NCBI GenBank assembly: GCA_012295275.1
Contig: CM022674.1
Coordinates: 6,820,001-6,884,000 of the forward strand
Reading direction: 5' to 3'
DNA length: 64,000 bases
Source of the DNA: Chrysomallon squamiferum
Lineage: Eukaryota; Animalia; Mollusca
How positions within the stretch are numbered: the first letter of the stretch is position 1; the number at the start of each line of letters is the position of its first letter. Shown piece by piece: positions 37,384 through 53,827 of this stretch. Below the pieces are notes generated by a model, which had not been told where the DNA came from, searched no databases, and saw only the letters and a program-made list of their open reading frames with translations. Both the position numbers and the translations under genes were made by a program.

Positions 37384-40300
37384 GCATATAAATACACATA
37401 TAGAAGAAACACACATCTAAACACAAATGAAAACACATATAGGCATAATTTCAGTCGATTTTCCACTTCAGCTGAGAAGGTAAAAAAATCCACTAACTCT
37501 TAGTAATTATAGTCAGCATAATACAACCTTTTTATTATCCTGGAATTCTGAGCTGATTACAAATGTCAAGCCATGTCAACCTAATGACCATACTTGAACT
37601 CCATATCGTCAGTCTATTGACTTGTCACTGAATTATCAATACATCACATATCTAACCCAGTCTGCTAAACTGTAACTGCATATCAGTCACATTATCACTG
37701 AAAGTTAATCATTGTGTAACATCAACCAAAACCTCTGTATCTGCTTTGTCACAAGAATATTTGATCTACCTTATCCTGTTACTGTCAACATATTTACACA
37801 TGCCAAGACCTATATTTATTAACTATAACACTACTGTCACTTTAGTTTCTAAACAAACAACAAGGGTTAATTGCTAATGACCAGTTTGTGTCAGTTTGTG
37901 TTATTTATTAGTGTAAGAAACTAATCATTTATCATCAAGCAGAATTGACAGTGTCAAATCAGTTACTATAAATAAAACTCATTTCAATAATACGCTGAAT
38001 CTGTTAGTTTGGAAACAAAGGAAACAAATCTGTAAAGTAACAAACAAAATTAAATTGTTAACTTATTTCACAAAACAACTCTAAATATAATTTCTCAAAT
38101 AAAACCTCTTTAAATTAGTAGACTAAACATGATTTCTCAAATAAAACCTCTTTAAATTAATAGATTAAATATGATTTCTCAAATAAAACCTCTTTAAATT
38201 AATACACTAAATATGATTTCTCAAATAAAACCTCTTTAAATTAATAAACTAAATATGATTTCAGCATCCATCAGTCTAATTTGGTCAGATTACATCTCTG
38301 AATTAAAACACTAGATACAGAATTATTAACTGTTAAACTAATTAACTGTTAAACTCGTCAAAACATTCTAAACATGACTTCTGACTATGTCCAATTAATA
38401 CTCTAATCTAACACACTTAACACAGAACTATGCCACTTTAACCCATTTACTGTTAATCTCATCATAAACACTATTACTGCATTCATCATTCTGACTTTGT
38501 TCTGACAATCTAATTACTAATTCATCATGAGGGAACCTCACTGCAACAGTAAAAAGCTAATTATTGATCAATTAACCTAACCATTGATTTCACACCTTCT
38601 TCACAGGACAATCAATGTTATTACTAACAACCATTATTGATTTAGATTTTTGCTATCCATCTGAAATAAAGTGTTACATTATTCTATAAATACATTTTTC
38701 TATTTGTATTTGACTTTTTAAGCCAGCTTTATGGATTTATACTGTACCATTTGTACTAGAAAGTACAGTCTAAATAAAATTTTGTGTACTTTTGTATGAT
38801 TGTTTTATTTCTTACAACCAGGTTTTGTTAATAATAATAAACTATTACAATATAATAACATTAACCCCCCAAAAATTTTTTTATTTAATTATTTTCATTT
38901 TTTTTTTTTTAAATTCCTGAATCTAGGAATCAGAAATGAAAAGAAAAGAAAAATAATGGGGGAAAAAAAACAAACAAAAAAACCCTCAAATCATCAAAGA
39001 AACAAAAACAAATAAATAAATATATAAATACAAAAGATAGTCCATTAAGAATTTTTTTTTTTTTCTTTTAAAAACAAGTTGATTAGATAAAAACATTAGC
39101 CCATAAAGGTTAAATGACTGAGTTGAAATACTGGAAAAAGTCAGTTTGAAATTCTGTTTGCAGGGCAGTGACAATACCTGACACTAGCAAAATATGCAAA
39201 GTCATGGAAATGCACCCAATATTGACTTGTTGTTGTGCAAACTGCACTTTCTTATGTACACTGCTAGCACATTTCTGTCAAACATTCAATGATATTTAAC
39301 CAGTGAAGTGCAAGCATACAAGCTCTGGTGCATTTTCCATTATTTAAAAAAACATGATAAAAACAAGTAAATTAAGTAATGTTGAAAAAAATATAAATAA
39401 AATATATAAAAAAAGCAAAAGAATAATACAAATTTATTTTGAAATGAAGTTAACCAAAAGTGCCCAAAACAATTAACTAAAAAGGCCTGAAACAAGTAAA
39501 TAAATAACAAAAAATGTTTTTAAGAAGTTAATTAAAATGTAAAACAAAAATTAAAAAACAAAAAAACAACCACCACCAGACAACAATAATAATAACAATA
39601 AAAAAATATATATATTTTAAAATGGAATTAAAAGTTAAAAAAAACAAAAATCCCAGCAATATATAAACCCTCTTAAAAAAAAAAGACAACCTGAAAAGAA
39701 TTATAAATTTACTATAGTTGTTTTATTTTTTTCTGCATTTAGTTTACTATGATTCAGCCTAAAAAGAAAGATAGACAAAGAAAGAAAGAAAGAAAAATGA
39801 AAATGAAATAGAAAAAAAAATGAAAGATGAAAGAAGAAAAACAAAGAAAAAAAGTAGAAAAAGAAAGAAGATATGAAATGAAATATAAATAAAGATATAT
39901 TTTTAAAAAAAGTGGTATATAATTCAGAAAGAAAGAAACATGAATTAAAACAGCAGACACCTGAGACCTCTGGTATGCAGACTGGTGAAAACAGGTTAAA
40001 TTAAATAGACAACAAGCTTCTAATATGAATAAAACATACAGACAGCTCAAACAATAGAACAGCGTTATATTTAGATTTTTACCCTAGTTTTTGTACTGTA
40101 CAACATTATTTATGTAATTAATATGATCTGGTATAATTCTTGAACTATAAAATAAAAAATATTGATTGATGCATACTTCATTCTCAGACTAAACAGATAT
40201 AAAGGGATGATTCAATGCTAAAGTTCATGCAGATAAATTATGGTTAAAGTAACTTGAAAACCTAATTGGAAACCATATGATCATTATGACAGGCACCACT

Positions 40301-42193
40301 GCCATCTGAGATGATTTTCAGTTTAGAAAATCAAACTATTTATATGGATATACCAAAGAAATGGTAAAGAATTGATCCTCAGACTACTCAATACTTCTGG
40401 AAAAACTTGAATTAAAAAATCAGTATACAAGTCTCAGCTTGTCTGTAATACTAACTGTAAACAGTAATGTATTAAATGAGTTATTGCAATGTAATTTTAA
40501 AATTAATATTACTCATTAAAACATTTCACTAAAAAATAAAAATGTTTGCACTTTATATGTTTCTTTTGTTTTGTGTTTTTCTCTCTTCTCTTATTTTTTT
40601 TTTTTTTTTATTTGTTATTTAGTTTATTTAATGTAAATTAATTAATTAAAGAAATCCCAATTAAATGGAAAATTTAAGCATAAACTGAAAATGAACAAAC
40701 TACTAAACAATATTTTGGTTTAACAACAATTGCATTTCCAGGATATTAACATCTTTAGGAGAGATTTAGTAAGTCATTACAAAAGATAAAAAGATTTTGA
40801 TTTGTTTTTTCTCTTTTCCTTCAGTACCTGGCTGAAGTCCAAATAATTTCTGTTATGATAATCCCTGTAATCTGATGCACGTGGGTTTGTGTGTCTGTCA
40901 TTGCAAGCCAATACACTAATCTTCTAACAAACTATGATGCCAAAAGAATCAATGATCAGCCCCACTTTAATGTTTGTTCATACAAATTAAACTTTTCTGT
41001 GAAATACCACAATCGATTTTTTTTTCTTCACTAATACTGCTGTTGTTGGTGTTGCTGTCGATTATTTCTGTTGTTATTTATGTTATTGCTGCGCTGCAAT
41101 TGCTGTTGTTGAAGCTGATTATTAATTATTATTGTTGTTTGCTCATAAGGTTACAGTTATCAATAATGTTAGAGGTGGTGATTCACCTGATGTTACTGCT
41201 ATATGCATAATTAATGTTACGATTGATGTTATTATTGTTTCTGAATTCCTATGTTATTATTATTTTAATGTTTTTAATGCTGCTATTATTGTTGTCTTTT
41301 ATTTTTGTTTTGCCATTATTATGTCATCATTTTTCTATTGTTACAGTTGCTTCTTGATGTTACTGTTTTTGCACTATTTTTGTTGTGTTTGTAATTGCCA
41401 TTGTTATTACTGCACTTGTTGTGCACGTACTCTTAGAAGCAATTACAATACAGGAGTGAAATGTTACTAAGTGCCAAATATTCAGACAAATATCTCATTA
41501 GTTCACAAAGCACTTACATAACCCAGTCTGCATTTCTTTTATAAATAGATAGTTTTTATTTATTGGGTGTATGTTGTCTAAATCAATTAAAATATGCAGC
41601 TGGTGTTTTTTCTAACACTGATAACAATACCTTAGAGTGTATTTGTTTTTTAAAATAAACATAAAAAAATGGTAAACAGTTATACTAATTTTCCTTTTCA
41701 TAAAATATTTACTCATACTGTATATTTACATCTTATAAACATTTGCTTTCTTTAAAATTTTAGTCTATAAATATTTCTAATAAATAAAAACTTGTTTTAA
41801 AAAAGCATTTCTTAGTCCATTCATAAAATCATTTAACTAATAAATCACACACACACACACAAACACACATACACATTCAAATTATATGAATAAATAATAT
41901 ACCTGTTTATTTCAGTTTGAAAAGTTTTTTTTCTGTTTCCCAGATACATCCAGAAAAGTGTTGTTTGTCACGTAAACCTATTACCACAATAGTGCTCAAC
42001 AATAAAACACATAAGTAATGTACAACCTATACCAATGACAATGCAGTTTCCACTTATCACTTTCATACATCTCAAGCAAAACAAATATTTTTAAAAGCTT
42101 TATTTCAAGGACAAAAAAAAAACAAAAAAACTTTATTTATATATATATAAAAAAAAAAAAAAAAAATATTTATATATATACAAACTTTTAAAA

Positions 42194-42237
<44 letters not shown>

Positions 42238-45200
42238 ATATTTAGTTTAATAATAACAAATGAACATATTAAAACAAGCACGGGTACATATCCCAAACTA
42301 AAACAAACAAAGATGATCTATTAAAATCAACATAATAATCCCAGACAATGCAGATGAACCATATATATATATATATATCATTCCTACCCTTATGCACAGA
42401 CATAATGTAATGAGGCATAATGTACACAGTATAAAAGAAATTACACTTATACCCTTAAAGAAACCCTAACCCATTCCCATACTGGACCAGTTAGTGATAT
42501 GCACCTCAGTTAAACAACTCCTCATTACATTTAACCAAGCATACGGCCAAGAATATCTCTCTATCATATTCTTTATGAAAATATTTTGTTTCATTTATAT
42601 GTTGGTTTGATTTCTAAAAATATTTATTTATAAATATACATAACAACAACATAACATTTAGTTTTTAAATCATTTTACCCTGAGTTCCATTGTCAAATTT
42701 GTGTTAGTATTATATTTTTTTCCCCTTAAATCCATGTGGAATAAAATATCAGTAAAACTTTCTTTGAGTAAATATTAGCATTTATAAATAGTACCTAGTT
42801 CTGTCACTTTGTGGTGTTTTTTTTAGTTTCATATTAAAAAACAAACCTGCTTTTATTACTCACTTTGACATAATGAAAAACATCTAAGATACAGTTATCA
42901 ATATAAAATGAAAAAAAAAACAATTGGCTGACCCATAAATTCTAATGCTAATGGATGGTGATTCAAATAGCTTGAGGGGAGATAATGCATGAGAAAATGT
43001 TATACATACCAAAACCAGGTTTCTCTGACCTATTAACACCACATGAAAGAGTTTTTAACATCATAGAAGAAAGCTGCTGCTAAGTGGTTAGACAGTTTGC
43101 TTGAGACCTGGCGGCTCACAGAATCAATTCTTACTAACTCTCGTTTCAGTGGCACTAGAAATAATTTCCTAGACTAAGGGAAGATTATAATAAATAATAA
43201 GTAAATTTCATATATCTTATTTATGTATTTCAGTTAAAAAACTGTTGACTACAAAATGGCTTTATGAAATGCCAATGTATATATTTGCCTGACTATGGGA
43301 AGGTTCCTAATTAAGAAAAATCCTTGCTATTAATCGTTAAGAATAGCCTAAGAATAGCCTAAAGATGAAGTTTGCATTGTTCTATTATAATTTCATTTCA
43401 TTTGTTTGACACTTTTAATGTTCAGTTATTACCATATGTAGAGTATTACTTATAAAACAAATGTTTTTATTTTATTTTATTTTTATTTTATTTTTTTGTT
43501 TATTTTTTATTTATTTTTTATTTTTTTTTTTTTTTTTTTTTGTCCTTCATTCTATCAATAATTAGAAATGAAAACAAATAATGCTATGGTTTTATTTAAT
43601 TAAGAACAAATAGGACAAGTTAACTAATATAAAAATTATGGTATTTAGAATATGATTTCACTATTATTTCTTTTTCAGTAGTGAAAAATCTTAATGAAAA
43701 TCTTAAATTAAAACTAACTGAAATTAGCTCCAGAAATTTGTATCAATCATTTATCTGATTTTATAAATAAGTACATTAACTGTATTATTATTATTTTTAT
43801 TTATTTATTTATTTTTTTATCTTTACATTAATAGAACATGAGATACCTTATTTGATTACCTTATAAAGACATTAAACAGAATTCAATTTTTTTTTCTTAC
43901 TTTCTGCATATGGTAACTTGAAATTCCTAAAGCTGAAAAATTTTAATCAAATAACTAAGTATGATTCATTAATCTTGATTCACAATCAACATGATTCTAA
44001 AGCAGTTTACTGGTGACATTTACTTAATCTGGAAACAAAGAAATGGATTCTCGCCAGTAAAGATTTGTAAACAAAATAACAGCATTATCAGCTAGAATAT
44101 TAAGCTTATGTAAGATCTATTTTTATGTGACCCACTAAAACCAGACAAGACCAAATAAACATAGACTGTTTTATAACAACAGATTAAGTCAGAAACTATA
44201 ATTATAAATTTACTTTTAGTCATATGGTTTAAAAAATAAATAATAATAATAAATTAAATGAAGAAGAAAAATAAACTGTTTATATATTTATAAGAATGTT
44301 GCCATGTGAAATTTACATAAATCTGCTTGCCTCTGTATATATTGTTAAAAACTGTATCTACATAAATATATATATATATATATATATACATTATTATGTA
44401 TGGATGCTTATGTGTATGTATGAGCAGATATGTGTGATATGGATCAATATATGAATGAATAAATAGATATATGGATATAGTGTTTATGAATCTGTATTCC
44501 AGTCAATCTAGATGTTTTTTTCCCAGAGGCGTTTTGCTAGTCTGTCTTTCTTTCTTACTGTCTGTCTGTCTGTCTATATTTAAGTATATACTGTGTAGGT
44601 GCAAAGGTATGCTACATTCAGAATGTTAAAACATTAACTGAAATAAAATATTTAACATAAACTACTTTCTTTTTTTTCTTCTTTTTAAAAAAAGTATACA
44701 CAGAAATAAATTGCACTGTAAAAATATCTCTTTATATCTCTGTTTAAGAGCAAGAATTTAAATTTGGGGGGTTTCAGAGGGAGGTCTTTGGTTTTGGTTT
44801 TTGACATGGTTTTTCTGTTTTTAATTATTAAATAGTTCATGTTACAATGCAAGATTATTTTTAAAGTGTATTAGGAGAGAGAAAGAAAAGGGCTGTCAAG
44901 CTCTGTGTGTGTTTCAGTTCTGGTAAATAAAATTGGTACATGAAGTAAAGCTAAAACAATTATGATAACATCAGACATCTACTGTGAACAACTTAAGAAA
45001 AAACTGCCTGATTTCATTAGCACCTATCTATTCACAATGGTTATTTGTTTATTTCTAAGCATTTCTATAGTAACCAAAACCTATCCAATGCAGCAGACTT
45101 CTATTAAATATCGTTTTATTTCTTCATCTGAATTAGAAAAGGTAAGACAATTTCAGAAATAACAATTTAGATAGAATAAGTACATATTATATAAAATATA

Positions 45201-46692
45201 GTTTACAGTCATAATTTGATGTGTATTTGTGATATTTAAGCATTTGTTCATTGTGAGCAAAATGTTTGATTTTGATTTATCATATTGTTTGTATATTCAC
45301 ATTCATGTAGGTCTGAGTACACATGTTCATGCATGTACATCTATTTCTGGATTTATGAACAAATACACATTTCTGCATGCATTATGCATATATATGTTTG
45401 TATGTCTGTGTGTATGTATGAGTGTATTTGTGCTCTGTGTGTCTGTATATCTGTGTGTGCTTTACATTTAGCATCCAGACAAAAAAAGCCAAGGAATACA
45501 AGTGTTCTAAATACTTGCTTAATTAACAAAAATATTTTAATAAAACATAAATCATTCAAATTATTTTACTGAATGAGATCATTTATAAAATATTGATAAA
45601 AACATATTCTGTACTGGGAAACTTTCTGTTATCACACAGACTAACCAGCCTGAGGCTGAATACAAAAAGGTAAAAATGACTAATCAATATCCTGAAAAAA
45701 CTAAAAATAAACATTATATCTCAAATGTGGAAGTTCACGTAACTATAAAATATTTATATATTTGTATATTGACATAATTTTTTTTTTTAAAACTGTATCA
45801 CTTAATAAAATAATATTTAAAGCCTACCTTCTTCCTAAGAAAAGCTGGAGAATAATCCATGAGGGTAATGAATATATATGTGCTGCCACCTGCTGTCACA
45901 ACACACTGATAGTGCTATAACATTAACCGTTTTAACATGGCTTTTATCAGTAACATATATGTATATCAAGTAACTAGCAATGAAATTGCAGGTAACATAT
46001 TTAAATCAATGTATGCATCACTTCACACAATAAATCTCTGTCTGATATTGTGCACTTCTTTTCAGTTTTGTGTTTTAAAAAATCAAATCCGTAACATACC
46101 AGTCAACCACATTACATCGTGGCACTAATTAATTTAGCAGATCATTAATGTGAAGTAACTAACATTACATCACTCTGACAAATGCATCTCAACCATGACA
46201 AAGTAATCCTTCATTATCTGTGTCTGCATCTGTCAATCACCTGTGTGAGTGTTAGAATAAATCAAGATTCAAAACAAAAAAATCTAATTTAAAAATGATG
46301 TTTCAGCTGAAGCAGACTTATATCAAGTGTCCCTAAGGAAGCAATCAAAATCCAAAATAGTCCTGAAGACTTAACTGAACTCTAAACCATCCCTGAGGAT
46401 ATTAGGCAAATATAACATGACCTTTGACACAGCATAGATGTTTGTCCCATGGGAATCACAGGAAACTGCCACTGCTGTGGAGGCAGTCAGAAAACGAAAC
46501 ATTTATATTTTAGTTTACTGGGGTCAAAGCATGTGTTCTCTGTCACAGATTAATTGGTTTTTTTTTTTTACTTTACTGAGGTTGAATAGTATGTCACAAA
46601 TATAAAAATGTTGAAAACCAATCACAATATGCATTTTAAACATACATATATGCACACACAAACATACACACACTATGTAGATACATGCACAG

Positions 46693-46731
<39 letters not shown>

Positions 46732-47300
46732 GCATGCACAAGGTGTGAACCATTTACTATTCATGTTCTGGCTTTAGTTTTGTGCATTGTCAAAATTTCA
46801 ATAAACTACATGTATTTTAACTGATGTTGAAGCATATACAAATCAGAAATGAAAACTGTAAGGATCTTGAAGATAAGCAATAAAATATTTTTATCCATCA
46901 GATTTTAAAACACATATTTTGTAAAACATAAAGTCACACATTTAAAAACAATACTATAACTATTTTTTTATAAAATATGTAATTAATATATAAACCTTTC
47001 AAAAAGACTAAAATTTTCATGTACAAGAAAAGTACAGTACAGACAACCTTAAAAGAATTAAATGCATCAAGAAAATAATAAGAAATAATGAATTAGTTTC
47101 TTTTATTCAACATCCAAGAACCACATTGCCCAAGGGAGATTACTCTTAGTATCACAGGCTAAGCAGTACACAATGAAAAACAAAACAAAATCTTAAACAG
47201 TTAACAAATACAATTTCTCTGATAATGGAAAACAGTATTTTAAATTAAAAAAAAAATTATTATATATATATATATATATATATAAAACAATAAAAATTAT

Positions 47301-47342
<42 letters not shown>

Positions 47343-49687
47343 TACACAGAAAGGAATTTTGTTTTTGTAACTTAAATATTTTGATCTATGGATTGTTTTT
47401 AAGAAAAAATATACTAACTTTCTCAGGTGTTTTTGTTACAAAAGCATGACAATACTGGAGATCCATTTCACCATGGGGTTCTCGGGCCATGAAAGAAAAA
47501 AGACAATTCTCTGGATCAGACGTTGCATAGGAGATTCTTTTTAGAGAATGGGCCATGTAAACAGTCTGAAAGAAAAGAGAAATATATTTTAGCATCCAAG
47601 ATGTATTAAAAACTACTGACAGATAAATTCATTTTTTTACATTTAATTAACTATTAATTATGAAGACAATTCAGCTGATTAAATCAGAAATAGATGTATT
47701 CAGGTGGAACGTGTATCTGTTATTAACATACAGCTTAAGAGAATCAAAGTGGATTATACATATGTAGAAAGAAACTGCAGATGGTGATCAAAATTAGATT
47801 TAAAATGACTGTTAGAGAAAAAGTGTATGGCTGTATTAATGGTTGTGTGTGTGTGTCTGTGCTTGCAAATGTGTAAGTGCTTGTGTGCATATGTGTGTGT
47901 GTGTGTGTGTGTGTTTTTGAGAAGGAGAAACACAGAAAGACACAGATAGAAAACAGACAACACTCACATTTCCATCTAGGCTGCAAACCTTTATACCAGT
48001 CATGGAAATAATCAAGGTGACTCTTTTTGTTTTTGCCCCAAACTGCAACAATAATTTTTAATTATTAGTATGTTGTAATAGCAATGTTGAATTTTGTGGG
48101 GGGGATTTCAGCATATGTAAAAGGATATTTGTCCACAAATTCACAACTACACACACACATACACACACAAACATACACACACACATATACACACATACAA
48201 ATGATCACATAAAAACTAAAATACACAATCACACAGAATACATAACTTTATCATCACAAAACTATTATACATACATATATCACACCTGTATCACACATTT
48301 GTATCACACATAAATACAATAATACAAATATACACCATATATAAAAGAAAATTATAAACTACATATAAAATATGGCTAGAAACCAGAAACAAATATACAA
48401 TCATGTGCTACAAAATTACATATCATACAAATAAAAATAACCCATAAAATCACAATCAAGAAGCTCAAATTAGTCACATCAATATAATATACAAGCACAA
48501 ATTTACAATCAGATACAATTCAACATATGTAATACCATGACACAAATACCAATCATTATCATAAATCTATGAGCATTTTAAAAATATATAGTTGTATATG
48601 AACTGCAAAATTCACTTTCCAGAACACCTACAGTACAATAATACTTCAGGTTTAATCAGAGAAACAACATGTGCATCTGACATTTCTTTTTCTGGTCCAA
48701 GCCTTTTCTGATATTTCCATTTTTCTCATTTGCTCATTATTTCTATCATTAGTAGGTCTGTACAGATAATATGACACATCAATAAATCATTAAAGATAAA
48801 TTGTGATTTTGAACTGTAAAAGCAGTCATGTTATTGTTAATGCTAATTATATATTAGTTTAGTACAGGAGATTTTAAAATCAAACAAAGGACTACTATTA
48901 CTGCAGCTCAAATGTATATCACTTGTATTATTGGGTCATAACAGACAAAATGATCAGTTCTAAACACTTATTAGTCATTACAGTAATCATTAATGAAAAC
49001 TATGTCAGTTACTTTCAACAGATTTTAACGTCAGTGACAAATATACTTATAGCATACAAACATTATTTTTCTGTTCCTATGGTAATATGTATACCAGCAC
49101 TCAGAAAACAAAACTGTACAGTCTCTAATTAACCTGGTTGTGAAATTTTGTCATGTAAGTGATATCACGAGAATAAACAGTGATAAAATCAGTTTCAGTG
49201 AAAATTCAATAATTCACTCATTTACCTATATAATAAACATCAGGTGTTAAATTATATTTTTAATTAATCATGACAATGTATATCTATTATAAAATTAGGT
49301 TTCAAGAATTGGTTTTTCTTTTGTGCGATTTTAACCAGTTTATTTTTGTGGGGTTAATCTACAACTTATTTTAAGAAACCAAATATACTTAGAAAAACAA
49401 ATGCCAAATTGTTTGTTGAAAATTTTAACTTGTAATTTAAAGATTAAATTGAAATATATTTGAATCTACAGACCTGCAAAATGATCAAAAAAGTAATATT
49501 TTGAAACTCAAATCTCTGTTTTTTTAATGCCTAATTCTGTCTCAGAAAATCAGGTCAGAGATAAAAAAAAAATAAGCACTGACTTCAGATATGATATCAG
49601 TTTACAATATAACATTTATAATAATAGATGGCAATGAAATAATATTCCTAAGTTATTATTTATTTATTTACTGAACTGTATGTTGAC

Positions 49688-49722
<35 letters not shown>

Positions 49723-52700
49723 TTAAAGTTGTTCATTTATGTATTTATCAAACATCATTTGCCTTCAGCCAAATATTCTCTTCCATACTTCTAAGATATT
49801 CCTCATCTAAATCAAAAAAAAAAAAAATCTACTTTCTTTGTTGATGCTATGGATGCAGTTATTAGTTAGCATTTAATACATGATTAAAAAAATATTTTTC
49901 TATTCAATACTAATCTACAAATAGAGATTCTATTCATGAATTTAATCTGAATTAGAAATTTTGTGATATAAAGTAATTTTCCCAGATTTTGGAAAACAAA
50001 TTAGTACTGGATCTACTGACATGGATGTTATTCATCGACATAATTTGAATCAGAAATTATGTGATATTATTCCACTGTCCCAATTCTTGGACAAAATGAA
50101 AACTGCAGCAAGCCTTCCTCAATTTCAGAGGCAGGCAAGACAAAAACATAGCACTAATAATTTGTTCAGCAAATGAGTTAAACATTATATTTTGTGGAGG
50201 CAAAAAGCATGCACGTTTTGTTTGATGTTGGTGTTTGACTTCTCACACAACCAAATAATTGTTTTCTTTGACATCAACATTTGATTTCAGCAGGGCACAA
50301 AGGCAGCCTCTGTCAGGGAATATTTTTTTTACCCCATTGTTTATAATGATTGCATCACAAAGCTGTTTCAAAACAAATGTCAGTGGATGGATGCAAGAAT
50401 AACATATAAAGTACATCAGATGATCTTCATGTAATATTAAATATGTGCCTCTAGATTTTATATTACAGCATACACAGCCTTTTTTTTAATGTTTTTTCTG
50501 ATACACATTTTTAATAAATGTGAATATACCACACTCTGATTTAGATAAATATTCTGTTAAATATATTAGAAATTATACTGGTTATTGACTGCTGATGATA
50601 TAAACAACTATGATATTATAGACTAATCTGTGTTTTGCTTTTTGCTGTATTTTGTTTTTAATTTTTGTTCTGTTAATATCATTAATTAGTAAATTAATTA
50701 TTATATATAATTTTATAGTTATCATGATTGTAAAATAAACATTTCACTATAATTTTTCATTAGAAATATAAAACAAGTCAGAAAATAACCTCTTATTAGT
50801 GACAATATCATGACTAAAGTTTTCAGCTAAGATAGAGCAAGATGTTGGTGATACATCTGTTTAATGTTACATATGTGACAATGATGATAACAGATACAAG
50901 ATATAAGCTTACTCTCATGCTTTGCAGCTGTTTCTGAGCAAATTCTACTCTGGCCTTTTGGTCTGAGCCTTTAACAGAAAATGATCCAATGTACTGCAAA
51001 GAAAAAGAAAGAAAAGCAAAATTTAATTTTAAATTAACAATCTCATACCACGAAACTTCTCAAAATAGAACAATATCAGAACCAAATGAAAGGTTTGGTT
51101 TGAAAGTGCATTCAATTTTTATAATTTAATAATGCACAGCACAACAGAAAACTTTGTTTGGGAGGAATTCAGATTTGGTAAAAGGTCCTTTTTTGAGCAG
51201 TTTCATTATATACATACATTCAAAGATCAGAAACAAAATGAAAGTTTATATTTTCTATTAAATAAATAATAATTAAGTGGCACTGCTCCAATTTTTTGTT
51301 GTTGTTGTTTTGTGGGGGTTTTTAATTTTAAATGTGCAGAAAAGCTTGCCTACACATGCAGTAAGCAATAACGAAGTAATCAATCTTTGGAATTTTATTT
51401 GATTTATTCATAAAATTATTATTTTTATTATTAATATTTTCTTCTCTTTTTATTATTTTTTTTTTTTTTATGGCTTATTTTCTGTTATTTTATTTCTGTT
51501 GGAAAATTATTCTCATTGATGATGTGTTCTCTCAATTTTTATTTCTTTGTTTCTCTGCTTAGCTGTGTTCATTTGAATAAATGAACGAATGAATATTTAA
51601 TGGCTATTTGGGACAAAATGATGTTATTAATAATATCTATTTAAAATTTGAATTAAAAGAGCAGTTTTAACATTCTGTTGGTATTCTAAAACTGAAAAAT
51701 CCAGAGCGTAAGATTTTAACACCTATAGTAATATTTTGAGTTCCATACACAAGACATGTGGCACACAAAGAAGTTTTAAAAACACAAGAATCGTGGTCCA
51801 CTTCAGCTAACACACAGATGTAAGACTTTGACTAAATGCTATGTAAACAAACTCATCTTATAGAGGCTGCTTGCTGTAGCCTCAAAGAGAAAGCAGCCGA
51901 TATCTCTCATGTTTATTCAACAAGTGAATCATATTTGAACAAAGACTTTTTTCTAAATATATAATTTACTGATTGCAGAAGAAGTAAAAAAACAATGTTC
52001 TCTTGCCAAAAATGAAAGTATTAAAAACATTTATGTAAAAATTATACTGGATAAATGTGTACAATGTATGTATGTATGTATGTATGTATGTATGTATGTA
52101 TGTATGTATGTATGTGTGTGTGTATGTGTGTATGTGTATATGTATGTGTGTGTATATATGTATATGTATGTGTGTATGTGTATGTACATGTATGTGTGTG
52201 TATTTGTATGTACATGTATGTGTGTGTATGATATATGTAAGCATAAAGAAAAATGTTTTTATACTAATGATGTTATTGAACTGATAAAATTTATTATTCT
52301 GGATTGTTCTTTTTTGTGTTCGTTTCAATTCAATAAAAAAGAAGATAAAATAACACAAACATATATTCATTACTTTTATATTTTTTAAAACTGTGCTAAT
52401 ATATGCCTTACTGTATCAAATATATAGGAAACAATATTACATAAATAATCTTTTTGTTGTTGACTGCCTATATTTTAAAAAGCAGCTATATTACAAAGCT
52501 GAAATTTTACAAACATTTAATTGTGACATTCATAGGTCATGGTCAAAGTAAATGTAAAAACGAATACCTAACAGGAGTGTACATTTAATTTAGCTTTAGT
52601 TAATATACCTCAGGGAGTGTGAATCGTGTGACTGATTTGTTTCAGTACATTTCCTGTAACAGAAACTCAGTGACAATGACTAAATCACCACAGGCCATAC

Positions 52701-53780
52701 TCAGTGTTTTTCATTCTACTGAAAAATGTGTACATTTAAAAATTATAAATATTTTTAAAATGCTTTTGTGCCACTCCTAGTAACATTAGAATGATAATGG
52801 TAGTACATTTTTCTTCTAAGACACAAGGTCAGCATGCAGATAAAACAAATACACACATGAAAAGAAGTTTATAAAACTAAAATTAATTTTTACTGGGTAT
52901 TTATAAAAATAAATCATATTTATTTACAACACATTAATACACATTTCTAATAATAGGGCTATTTAGTATTTATGTCTGAAGGAAGAAACCCACTTATAAA
53001 AAAAAACTATTAATATGTTTATCAATAATCACAAAGGGATCAGTAATACAAGACCTTCTTACAGATAATAAAGTACATACGAGACATTTGTAAAGTTCTA
53101 GTACAAAAGCTGTACAATAATGGCCACAATGGAAAATACCCTTTTAGTTATACCAAGGAAATTGCAATTAGTAGCCACTTGCCTTTACAGGTACTTATCA
53201 CCTGAATACTAGTTCCTTTGGCCATTATCATTTAGCTCCATGAATGTCTCAGCCCAGATTAAACCAGTTTTTTACATATATTTGGGGTTTTTTGGAGAAT
53301 TAGAATTTTTTTTAAAATCTAGCCTTAATATATCCCTGAATGAAAAATATCTTTTCTCAAAAAATCCAATACACTTACAGATCAAAGCAGTATTTTAAAC
53401 TGTGTTTGAATCATGTAGATATTCAGAGAAATGAAAACAAATTTTAATCATAGCTCAGGGCTCTAACATCTGGATCATGTACTAAATTCTTGATTTGTAA
53501 GTAAATGCCTGCAATTATTTTAACTAATTATGTTATAGATAAAAACAAATATCTGATGTAAAAGAAATGCTAATGGACAAATACAAGCCTAAGGAAAACA
53601 TTCTAAGAATCATAACAATATATACAAAGAATGCTTTCATAACCAAAAAGCAAAATCCATTCTTATAATCAGATTCAAGGGCTTAGATTTTTAAAAACAT
53701 TGGAATGTTTTATCTAAAATATTAAAACAGTCTATTATTAAATTACATTGTTATAAATGGATAGAGTTCTGCTTACCAAG

Positions 53781-53827
<47 letters not shown>

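Noticed and set aside
38081-38262. CRISPR-like repeat/spacer appearance
   Set aside because: The variable segments are near-identical, the context is a eukaryotic intron and there are no cas genes.
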